64,000 nt of DNA from IMG/VR virus record IMGVR_UViG_3300042197_003344, positions 1-64,000 of that record; one strand, written 5' to 3'. A model generated the notes under the pieces. The model ran no database searches, was not told the origin of the DNA, and saw only the letters and a list, made by a program, of their open reading frames with translations. The position numbers and the translations under genes were made by a program. Shown here one piece after another: positions 56,275 through 64,000 of the stretch (positions are counted from its first letter, which is position 1; each line of letters opens with the position of its first letter). The stretch comes from a virus.

Positions 56275-56957
56275 TAATTACCTGTAGAAACGTTTACATT
56301 GTTACTGTTGCCATTGGTTGTAATATTCACTGTTGTATTAACAGTTCCGGACTGAGTCACAGTATGTGTGTTAGAAGTTCCTGTCACACTGGCTACTAAT
56401 GTATGTCCGCTACCTGCACTGGCACCACTCATAGTTGAAGTAAATGTGTTAGAGTCTCCTAATATTGTAATCGTGCTAGAACTATTATTAGTTGTAATAG
56501 TTTGTGTTACAGTATTGCTGTCACCGGTAATATTTAAAAGATTACTAATATTTGATCCTTTAATAGTACTGGTAACAATATTAAGATCACCTGTAATATT
56601 CATAGTACTAGTGACATTAGTACAACCTGTTGTTCCGTCACCGCAAACAAAAGTAATCTGATTTGTATCACCGACAACAGTCTTGCTGATAGTATTGCTA
56701 CTACCTACTACTGTATAATCAATAATATTTCCGTCGCCAGTTTGTGATGCAGTTAGAGTATTTGTAGAACCTGTGATTTTACTTTGTTGATTTAATCCGC
56801 TGTTTCCTACTCTATTATTAGCACCTATTTGTGTTATCGTAACCGTGTTGGTTGATCCGACTTGTTCAATGTAAACCCCATTGTTTGCGTAGGCGCCTGA
56901 ACCCCAGAACACGGCCGCTATTACAAAGGCGAAACCACTTCTAGAATTTTTTAACAT
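56274..56957 (-). CDS. curlin-like beta-repeat secreted protein
   Basis: Signal peptide; repeated GxxNxxxxxQ/I units, T/N/G/S-rich. Confidence 0.75.
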   Translation of the reverse strand: MLKNSRSGFAFVIAAVFWGSGAYANNGVYIEQVGSTNTVTITQIGANNRVGNSGLNQQSKITGSTNTLTASQTGDGNIIDYTVVGSSNTISKTVVGDTNQITFVCGDGTTGCTNVTSTMNITGDLNIVTSTIKGSNISNLLNITGDSNTVTQTITTNNSSSTITILGDSNTFTSTMSGASAGSGHTLVASVTGTSNTHTVTQSGTVNTTVNITTNGNSNNVNVSTGN

Positions 56958-57051
56958 TTTTCGCTCCTTGGTATTTTATTATACCTTGTTATTTTATTTT
57001 TAACTAATCTAAGCCTTACTTTTTGCCTGTGTATCTATAATCTTTATTTTC

Positions 57052-57978
57052 TCACTTTGTTCCAACTGCTTCTTGTCTCTCAACAGACTGCTCTTGTGGA
57101 GTTTCTGTTTTCGGGGTTTCCGAAGGTGCGGAGTTCGTTTGAACCAACTCATTTTTCTTCTCCTCGTTTTTTACAGCGACCGTTTCAGACTTAAAGGCCC
57201 AGTGTCCTTTTCTAACACCATCATTGATCATCTCGATAACAGCAGCATGAATGGCTAATTGTACTGCCTTGTTCATTGATTCGTTAGTTGCTGACCCTGT
57301 TTCTATTTCTAAAGCCTGTGTTCCTGCATCGTAAAATCTAAGAACTCCTAGTTTATCCATAAAACTAATAACTTTTTTATTAGTATTAACAACTACTAAG
57401 ACTTCTCCGGTAGCCACAGAAACTGCTCTTAAACTAACAGTTACTTCGTCTTGTTGATACTGTGTTGTAGCACCAATACCTAATAATCTAGCGCCACTAC
57501 CTCCGCTCATTGTATTAGAATCGTAGCCAATAATACCACCTTCTACAAGTATTCCAGCGAACAACATAGGAGGTAAAGGCTGTGCTTTATCTCCTTGATA
57601 AAGTTCTCTCATTTGACGAATTAACTGACGTTCTTTTACAAGATTATCTAATCCGCCTCTTTCTAAAACTTTGAACCATTTGCCGCTTCCAACATCTTGT
57701 AAACTTTTAACAAGATAAGCATCTGCACCTTGTGTGACAGCAGAACTAAGGCTAGCAATGACCTGGCTAGATTTTCTTTGTCCGGTCATATCCCTAAAAT
57801 TATAAACTGCTACAGTGATAGCGCCTGTAGAAGGTTCTGGAAGTTTTACTTCATTCTTAAGTTTAGGTGCGATGACTACAGGATCTTCAAAACTTCTTAC
57901 AGCATTTCCCATCGTTCCGCAACCTGCTAATAAAATAGCCAGTACTATAGGTGTTATTTTTGTTATGGTACTAGCCAT
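57052..57978 (-). CDS. csgG: curli secretion channel CsgG-family lipoprotein
   Basis: Lipobox LLAGC; VAVYNFRDMTGQRK, SAVTQG, ERGGLDNLVKERQ, EGGIIGYD. Confidence 0.9.
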   Translation of the reverse strand: MASTITKITPIVLAILLAGCGTMGNAVRSFEDPVVIAPKLKNEVKLPEPSTGAITVAVYNFRDMTGQRKSSQVIASLSSAVTQGADAYLVKSLQDVGSGKWFKVLERGGLDNLVKERQLIRQMRELYQGDKAQPLPPMLFAGILVEGGIIGYDSNTMSGGSGARLLGIGATTQYQQDEVTVSLRAVSVATGEVLVVVNTNKKVISFMDKLGVLRFYDAGTQALEIETGSATNESMNKAVQLAIHAAVIEMINDGVRKGHWAFKSETVAVKNEEKKNELVQTNSAPSETPKTETPQEQSVERQEAVGTK

Positions 57979-58421
57979 CCGAAGTCTCCTATTGGTACGG
58001 TCATCGTAGTAACATTACCGTTAGCATCTCTAATGGTTATTTCAATCATATTACCTGCTTTGGTGTATGTGATTGTTCCGCCATTGAATACAAATGTTCC
58101 GGTGGCTTGAGTTCCCTGGCCCTCAAATAATTTTTCAGTTATCTGTCTTGCTAGTTCATTGTAAACACGACTTTCTAAGTTTGCCACAAACTTGGCCATT
58201 GTGGTGTTTTTAGCATCGTTTTCTGCTTTCAATTCATCGGCTTTTTTCTCTGCGGCAATTGCAAGTTTTCGACTTAGTTCTTGACTGTAGATAGTTAAGG
58301 CATGACTTGAAAACCCAATGCCTGAAAAGGAAGGACTGTTGAATTGATGGACAAGTTCGGCAGCTTGTCCTGCTGTCGATAAGGATAAAAATATCCCTAA
58401 AGATACTAACGTTTTCTTCAT
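57963..58421 (-). CDS. csgF: curli assembly protein CsgF-family
   Basis: Signal peptide then ELVHQFNSPSFSG; directly upstream of csgG. Confidence 0.8.
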   Translation of the reverse strand: MKKTLVSLGIFLSLSTAGQAAELVHQFNSPSFSGIGFSSHALTIYSQELSRKLAIAAEKKADELKAENDAKNTTMAKFVANLESRVYNELARQITEKLFEGQGTQATGTFVFNGGTITYTKAGNMIEITIRDANGNVTTMTVPIGDFGWLVP

Positions 58422-58480
58422 CGGTTCGCTCCCGGTTACCTAATTATTTAGTGAACCGGTAATTCCGATAATAGTATGAG

Positions 58481-58849
58481 TTAAACCAATAGAATGTAAG
58501 CGATACCTAGATAGGTGGCCTGATGTGCAAGTTGATCTAAACCAAATTGATTCCAAAATTGTGGCTTAGTGTTGTCTTTACAACCATATTTTACTTTTAC
58601 AAAATCTATTATGTAATGTAAAATTCCTTCAACAAATGCGATTATTAAAATTGCCAATCCCGATAATGGATGTATTAGGCTGAACAATAATAAAGCTACT
58701 AATGTGCATAACACATGATCTGCACTGTGACTTATGCCAATGGGATCTAACCAAACGCCTTTTTTAACAGTCTGTAAATAGGTTTGGATTTTGAAATCTG
58801 CGTACCAATGTTTGATCTGAAGAAATAATAAAAGTAGCAGTATTTCCAT
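58481..58849 (-). CDS. DUF3307-like membrane protein
   Basis: HWYADF.IQ, H..H, H..ID, GLDQLAH. Confidence 0.75.
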   Translation of the reverse strand: MEILLLLLFLQIKHWYADFKIQTYLQTVKKGVWLDPIGISHSADHVLCTLVALLLFSLIHPLSGLAILIIAFVEGILHYIIDFVKVKYGCKDNTKPQFWNQFGLDQLAHQATYLGIAYILLV

Positions 58850-58963
58850 TTATTCTATTTATATAGCATTTTCCCTAGATTTCAGGAAAAAGGCAGTCTT
58901 GAATAAAAACTCTTACATCTTCCTTATTTACTGAGGATCGATGACGGATTAATGCTGCGAGAA

Positions 58964-60022
58964 TTATTTTGCAATAGCAGATATTTTTGGAAATGCTTCT
59001 GCTGGTCTTGGAGAAATAGGATACGCAGCACTAACACTGATATTACTCACAGAAAGTAAATCTCCTAAACTATCTGCATAGTTTGTTCTAGCCGGGCGTT
59101 TACCTGCATGAACGAATAATATACCCATTCCTGCCGCTTTGGCACCAAAATATAATTCTAAATTGGCTAGCCCGTGATAATACAAAGCATCTTTTGCATT
59201 TTTGCTTTTAAGAGATTCTTCTATCTGAGGTAGATATTTGTTATTAGAACCCCACAATGCTCCTATAGTAGCAACAGCATCTTTAACTATTTGATCCGCC
59301 TTATCTGGATTAGAATTCATTCCTGCTACTATATGTTCCATAGAGTAACCGCTTTTACCCGCACCGGTAATCAAATTTCCGTATTTTTGTAAAAATTTTG
59401 ATACTTCTGCTGAGTATGGTGCAATATTTGTTTTCACATCATCATCGCTGAATCTACCTGCGGTTTTTCCGCCCTTGACTTCTATTTCGCGGTTATCGCT
59501 GATGACAGTTAGGTCACCTTTGCTTCCTTTAGTTAAATTTTTACTATGTGTGGAAAATAAAATTTCGCCGGGACCAATACGCTGTCCTGGTTGATACATC
59601 AACATATCATCAAAATAATGGGCTACTTCGGCAGATGTATTATAGTAGGGAATAATCTTTGAAAGATCACTAGATGTTGCTTTCAATGCATTTAAATTCA
59701 CAAGGCTGTCATCTTCTAACTTTAAGATAATATCTTTTATCTCTTTTGAAGTGAGCCCGTTTCCTATCATAAACTTAGCCATTTCCTTATAATGCGATTT
59801 AGTATCTCTATCATCTACATTCGATAATGGGGTGGCAACAGCACCGTATGTTGAAGGTGTTTTGGGTTTAGTTTTGGTTCCTGGGCCATTAATGGCTAGA
59901 TCTATTAAATCTTGAAGTTTTTGTAACAGTCGTGGGTCCGTATTTGGTGATAGTTTTTGCACACCTTGGGCGATCTGATTGATTTGCTGCGGAGTTTCAG
60001 TTATTAATTCAAATGCTCTCAT
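58964..60022 (-). CDS. hypothetical protein with PD-(D/E)XK-like motif
   Basis: GPGE...KGDL...EIEVKG; start taken at MRAFE. Confidence 0.5.
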   Translation of the reverse strand: MRAFELITETPQQINQIAQGVQKLSPNTDPRLLQKLQDLIDLAINGPGTKTKPKTPSTYGAVATPLSNVDDRDTKSHYKEMAKFMIGNGLTSKEIKDIILKLEDDSLVNLNALKATSSDLSKIIPYYNTSAEVAHYFDDMLMYQPGQRIGPGEILFSTHSKNLTKGSKGDLTVISDNREIEVKGGKTAGRFSDDDVKTNIAPYSAEVSKFLQKYGNLITGAGKSGYSMEHIVAGMNSNPDKADQIVKDAVATIGALWGSNNKYLPQIEESLKSKNAKDALYYHGLANLELYFGAKAAGMGILFVHAGKRPARTNYADSLGDLLSVSNISVSAAYPISPRPAEAFPKISAIAK

Positions 60023-60033
60023 GCCAATATTTA

Positions 60034-60714
60034 TCAGATTTCTGGGAATAGACAATCCTGTATAAACACCCTAACATCCTCTTCAGAAAGGCCTAAACTG
60101 ACCATTACACGCGGTGTATGGGGGTTTTGCTTTTGATTTTGAGCATAGAAATTCTGTTCAAATGTAGTGTCTGCTACTTTATGGTTAGTTTCACCTACTG
60201 TTTCTATGTAATGGTTTATTAGTATGTGTGCTAGATTTTCTATTTGATTTAATTCGTGTTCATCACTGACATTTCCTGCAGCTATCATACTCGAACTGAA
60301 AATACGCTGTGCCCAATCAGGAAGATCGCGTTTTTTAATCCATTCATATCTGCTGACTTCTTCAGCAAAATATTCTATCATCGGATGATTTCGATCAGTT
60401 GTGGGACTGTAATCTATGAAACAGCCTGTGATCTTGTTTTTGCCTGCGATTACGTCAAAGCCAAATATGGGAGCCGGGTTATGGGTATGCGGAAAGACGC
60501 AGCAGTGCATCATCCAGAGACCCTTTGTGGATCGGGAATCGACTACATCGATATGGGCTCTGCGATAATTGCCGCTGCTCCAAACACGATTTACCCAACC
60601 CGACTGATTAAATCTTTCCATGCCAGGTTCAAAAGCTTCTACACCTGTTTCTGAAAATTTATTTTCTAGTAGCTGTTGTATTTCTATTAGGGTGTCCCAT
60701 ACTTTACTGTTCAA
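60034..60714 (-). CDS. ferredoxin-dependent bilin reductase (PcyA/PcyX-like)
   Basis: RRAHID, MHCCVFP, PIFGFD, DYSP, LPDWA.RIFS, Q.QNPHTPRV. Confidence 0.85.
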   Translation of the reverse strand: MNSKVWDTLIEIQQLLENKFSETGVEAFEPGMERFNQSGWVNRVWSSGNYRRAHIDVVDSRSTKGLWMMHCCVFPHTHNPAPIFGFDVIAGKNKITGCFIDYSPTTDRNHPMIEYFAEEVSRYEWIKKRDLPDWAQRIFSSSMIAAGNVSDEHELNQIENLAHILINHYIETVGETNHKVADTTFEQNFYAQNQKQNPHTPRVMVSLGLSEEDVRVFIQDCLFPEI

Positions 60715-61198
60715 GTGGTTCTCCTTGATCGTTCACTTCGATCCAAGTGTAGTCTCCCAACCATTTTACTCTGCAGATATATTCATACCAATCTGGTGCT
60801 CCGGTACTCCAGTCATTAGGACCATGAAGTGTAAGAAGTGTACCACCTTTTCTATTATCATATGCTAACCAATATATCTGTCCGTGGTAGGTTTGAAATT
60901 GATATTTGGCCGCGTGGACTAGATCTGTAATCTCTAATCTACGTTTTATGCTGGCTGCTTGTTTTTGGAGCACAGCCACCAACTCCATTATGCGATTATA
61001 CTCTTGTTGCCCGTGCATACGAGCAACATTGACCATTATATCTTTTTGTTTTTCGACAGGTATAAGATCAAATGCTGGACCGCCAACTTCGGTTGGATAA
61101 GGGGTAACGTTTCTATTAAAAAATTGTACGAGAGAATCACCGACTTGACTGTCGTAACTGTCCTTGCCTTTGGCTCGATTACTTTTGTGATCCGTCAT
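60704..61198 (-). CDS. hypothetical protein (DUF2452-like)
   Basis: PYPTEVGGPAF, AKYQFQ..GQIY.L, GPNDW. Confidence 0.6.
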   Translation of the reverse strand: MTDHKSNRAKGKDSYDSQVGDSLVQFFNRNVTPYPTEVGGPAFDLIPVEKQKDIMVNVARMHGQQEYNRIMELVAVLQKQAASIKRRLEITDLVHAAKYQFQTYHGQIYWLAYDNRKGGTLLTLHGPNDWSTGAPDWYEYICRVKWLGDYTWIEVNDQGEPLEQ

Positions 61199-61727
61199 TT
61201 AGGTCTTTCATAATTCGGATAGCCCATTCAAAGGCTACGCGAGCTTCGTCGCCTAAATCATCTGTTAGTTCTGCACGAATCTGTTCTTTAAGTTTTTCCG
61301 GATCTTTAAATTTGTAAAAACGACCTTGGCCAGGTACACGTTTAGCTATCATCTGACCTCCGTACAGGTCGCCCATATGTCGACAGTAAAGATGTGCTTT
61401 GATTAAATTCTTTCTTTCTGGATCATTGGATAGTTCTAGTAGATAATTATGATACTCGATAGTAGAAGGTAACCATTTAAAATTATGATCTTTGCCTGCT
61501 AGTTCAATAAAATCTTGATAAATCGGCCAGGCTCTTTCTATATCCGGTAGGTTAGTGAAATTGCCTAGTATTTTGTTACCCATTTCAATAGGTTGATAAA
61601 TCAAAACCATTTGCCATAGATAGTTGGCATAATCTTCTTTGGATATAGATCCGCTTAGAAGTTTCTTAGCGAATTCTGTGCGTTCTGCATCTGAATGCAA
61701 GTCTTTGGTTATTTCTCGTAAGCTCAT
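61179..61727 (-). CDS. heme oxygenase
   Basis: LREITKDLHSDAE, AHLYCRHMGDLYGGQ, EARVAF. Confidence 0.9.
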   Translation of the reverse strand: MSLREITKDLHSDAERTEFAKKLLSGSISKEDYANYLWQMVLIYQPIEMGNKILGNFTNLPDIERAWPIYQDFIELAGKDHNFKWLPSTIEYHNYLLELSNDPERKNLIKAHLYCRHMGDLYGGQMIAKRVPGQGRFYKFKDPEKLKEQIRAELTDDLGDEARVAFEWAIRIMKDLNDGSQK

Positions 61728-61737
61728 AGTGAGTTAT

Positions 61738-62004
61738 TTACACTTTAGAAATTTTCAATAACAATAATAAGAGATCTTTTTCGTTGTCAAATTTAATGAA
61801 AAAGGTGTTTCCGTTATTTTTTTGATATTGCCATTTAGCACCTAATTTTCCGAAGGACTGTTCTATTGTTTTGATAAAATCCAATCTACCTAATCTTCCT
61901 AAAGTAGCTGCCGGAGTTCTGTAATCTTTGATCAACGCCCAATGTCCAAATCTTTTCGATCCCACATTTTGATAAGAAACTATTTTGTAATTTTCTTGTA
62001 TCAT
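61738..62004 (-). CDS. hypothetical protein
   Basis: 88 aa; C-terminus FDNEKDLLLLLLK resembles the FxLRW family. Confidence 0.6.
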   Translation of the reverse strand: MIQENYKIVSYQNVGSKRFGHWALIKDYRTPAATLGRLGRLDFIKTIEQSFGKLGAKWQYQKNNGNTFFIKFDNEKDLLLLLLKISKV

Positions 62005-62300
62005 TCTCTTTCTAAATTAATCTGTAACGGAAAACCGTTCAGTCTAGAAAGTTTAGTTGATTCTACTGATTTATGTTCAGCGATTTCATAATTGAAAACC
62101 CCTACTACAGCAGAACCTGTGTTATGGATTTCTAAGGTAAGATCCTTGGCCACATCTTCTTTGTGTTTGAAAATCGATGTCAAAAGTTCGATGACAAATT
62201 CCATTGGAGTTTGGTCATCATTTAAAAAAACCACTTTCCATAAAGAAGGAGGTTGTAAATTAACTTTAACTTTTTCTTCTGTTTTGATTTCTGTGCTCAT
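62001..62300 (-). CDS. clpS: Clp protease adaptor ClpS
   Basis: VVFLNDDQTPMEFV, IHNTG.AVVG, FPL. Confidence 0.9.
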   Translation of the reverse strand: MSTEIKTEEKVKVNLQPPSLWKVVFLNDDQTPMEFVIELLTSIFKHKEDVAKDLTLEIHNTGSAVVGVFNYEIAEHKSVESTKLSRLNGFPLQINLERE

Positions 62301-62317
62301 TCGATGCTCCGGTATCA

Positions 62318-62345
62318 GTGGGGGATTTCTCCCCCACTATTATTA
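62318..62345. terminator. hairpin / probable terminator
   Basis: AGTGGGGGA-TTTC-TCCCCCACT. Confidence 0.5.
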
Positions 62346-62780
62346 CTTAACCTCTACGATATCGATTACTTTAGGTTTGGCAGACTCTGGAATATTTCTT
62401 GTCAATTTAATAGACAGCATTCCGTTTTGTGTCTCTGCACCTACTACTTCGATATGTTCAGCCAAAGGAAATTCTTTGCAGAAATCTCTGGTAGCCAGTC
62501 CTCGATGTAGATATACGATTTCTGCACTTTCGTTCGGTGTTTCGCTTTCTCCTTTAACGATTAATACATTATCCTCTACAGTTACTGAAATTTCTTCTTT
62601 CTTAAATCCGGTAACAGCAATCTGGATTTCGTATTGATTCTCGCCAGTTTTGAGAATGTTATGTGGTGGGTAGTTATTGGATACACTATTAGCGAAGCGT
62701 CGTTCCATTTGATCGAACATCGTGTCGAAACCAATAAGTGCTCTGTTGATAGCATCAAGTCTTGCTAGTGCGTTATTCAT
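62343..62780 (-). CDS. small heat-shock protein Hsp20 (IbpA-like)
   Basis: NYPPHNI, AVTGF, YLHRGLATRDF, NGML.I. Confidence 0.95.
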   Translation of the reverse strand: MNNALARLDAINRALIGFDTMFDQMERRFANSVSNNYPPHNILKTGENQYEIQIAVTGFKKEEISVTVEDNVLIVKGESETPNESAEIVYLHRGLATRDFCKEFPLAEHIEVVGAETQNGMLSIKLTRNIPESAKPKVIDIVEVK

Positions 62781-62835
62781 AATGATCTCCTTATAAAGTA
62801 AGATAAACTGGGCCCTATGCCCTTATTACCGATCC

Positions 62836-63015
62836 TCACCCGAGTGACCTGTAATTCTTTTTTTCTGTTTCTTGAAGAGTTTCTTCTGCGATTAGTTTAG
62901 AAACTTCTTCAATTGCAGATTGTTCTTTTTTAAAGATAGTATCCCAATTAGAATCGAAAGTTTTTTGATCGACACTGAACGGGCGAGCTCTACTACCTTT
63001 ACCTGCTTCAGCCAT
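62836..63015 (-). CDS. small hypothetical protein (about 59 aa, not in the ORF track)
   Basis: MAEAGKGSRARPFSVDQKTFDSNWDTIF... Confidence 0.6.
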   Translation of the reverse strand: MAEAGKGSRARPFSVDQKTFDSNWDTIFKKEQSAIEEVSKLIAEETLQETEKKNYRSLG

Positions 63016-63018
63016 CGC

Positions 63019-64000
63019 TCATTCCTTTTTTTCTGTAAACGTAGCATCCACTACATTATCATCTGTAGGACCTTCGCTGGCTGCTGTTTCCTGAGATGCT
63101 TGCTGTTTAGATTGCTTCTTTTCTAACAGTGTTTTCATTGCAGGATAAACTTTATTCAATTCTTCGGTAATTTTATCCTTGTCGTCACTCTTGAGAGATT
63201 CTTCCACTGATTTTAATGCAGACTCTAATTCGTTGATTTCGGATTCAGAAAGTTCGTTACGATGTTCCTCGAGATCTTTCTTGACTTCGTGAATTTGAGC
63301 TTCTGCAGAGTTCTTAGTATCGATTAGTTCTCTAGCTTTTTTATCAGCTTCTGCATTTATTTCAGCATCTTGAATCATTTGTTCAATCTGTTCTTTGCTC
63401 AGACCGCTATCTGATTTGATAGTGATCTTATTTTCTTTACCTGTGTTTTTGTCTTTGGCAGAGATATTCATAATACCATTGGCATCAATATCAAAGGTAA
63501 CTTCGATCTGAGGTAGTCCTCGACGTGCCGGGGCAATGCCTTCGAGATTAAATTCACCTAATAGCTTGTTGTGCTGAACAAGCTCGCGCTCGCCTTGGAA
63601 TACTTTGATAGTAACAGCAGGCTGATTGTCTTCAGCTGTTGAGAATGTCTGTTGACCTTTGGTAGGAATGGTAGTGTTCTTTTGAATGATCTTTGCCATA
63701 ACACCACCCAAGGTCTCAATACCCAAGCTCAGTGGAGTTACATCCAATAAAAGAACATCGGTTCTATCTCCGCCTAGCACAGCGCCTTGGATAGCAGCAC
63801 CTACAGCAACAGCTTCGTCTGGATTCACATCCTTACGCGGGGCTTTGCCAAATAGCTTTTCTACTTCTTCTTGTACCTTAGGCATACGTGTTTGGCCGCC
63901 AACAAGAATAACTTCGTCGATGTCTGTGGCAGTAACACCTGCATCTTGCATGGCCGTGCGACAAGGAGCAAGGCTGCGTTGGATTAGATCCTCCACCAGG
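63019..64000 (-). CDS. dnaK: DnaK/Hsp70, C-terminal part (5' end outside window)
   Basis: [41 protein letters not shown]. Confidence 0.95.
   Translation of the reverse strand, partial: LVEDLIQRSLAPCRTAMQDAGVTATDIDEVILVGGQTRMPKVQEEVEKLFGKAPRKDVNPDEAVAVGAAIQGAVLGGDRTDVLLLDVTPLSLGIETLGGVMAKIIQKNTTIPTKGQQTFSTAEDNQPAVTIKVFQGERELVQHNKLLGEFNLEGIAPARRGLPQIEVTFDIDANGIMNISAKDKNTGKENKITIKSDSGLSKEQIEQMIQDAEINAEADKKARELIDTKNSAEAQIHEVKKDLEEHRNELSESEINELESALKSVEESLKSDDKDKITEELNKVYPAMKTLLEKKQSKQQASQETAASEGPTDDNVVDATFTEKKE

Noticed and set aside
1-64000. Alternative genetic code / stop-codon reassignment
   Set aside because: Recognisable genes are intact in code 11, TAG and TGA end genes at expected positions, and no suppressor tRNA was found.
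1-64000. Bacterial chromosome origin (dnaK, rpoZ, infA, clpP, csgG)
   Set aside because: These genes lack their usual operon neighbours and are embedded among phage-type small ORFs, a fibre gene and a dense, divergent tRNA array.

Overview
This window looks like part of a large (jumbo) dsDNA phage genome using the standard code, probably with a proteobacterial host (inferred from the RpoZ, DnaK and CsgG sequence style). (1) 1-2.5 kb: thyX, a histone H1-like Hc1 gene and an isolated tRNA-like RNA with no anticodon loop. (2) 2.6-32.6 kb: an AT-rich tailoring-enzyme island with 11 radical SAM enzymes, about 9 2OG-Fe(II)/cupin oxygenases, SDRs, an epimerase, kinase-like proteins, a GNAT, a PP-loop ATPase, a PLP enzyme and an amidinotransferase, ending at a tail-fibre-like gene. 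(3) 34-43 kb: phosphatases, IF-1, RpoZ and a minus-strand array of 31 tRNAs covering all 20 amino acids, several structurally aberrant, interleaved with candidate ncRNAs. The best novel-system candidate heads this array: tandem sigma70 promoters, then an unannotated 46-codon leader ORF (42563-42703) containing all 20 amino acids, overlapping an antiterminator that excludes a rho-independent terminator. This is a putative pan-amino-acid attenuator that would switch on phage tRNAs when translation stalls. (4) 43-50 kb: ClpP, a tandem array of small paralogues and a DD-peptidase. (5) 50-58.5 kb: a CsgF/CsgG/curlin-like/FecR/CHASE2-adenylate cyclase module. (6) 59-64 kb: bilin reductase, heme oxygenase, ClpS, Hsp20 and partial DnaK. 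All calls come from manual reading and motif recognition; no searches or folding programs were run.
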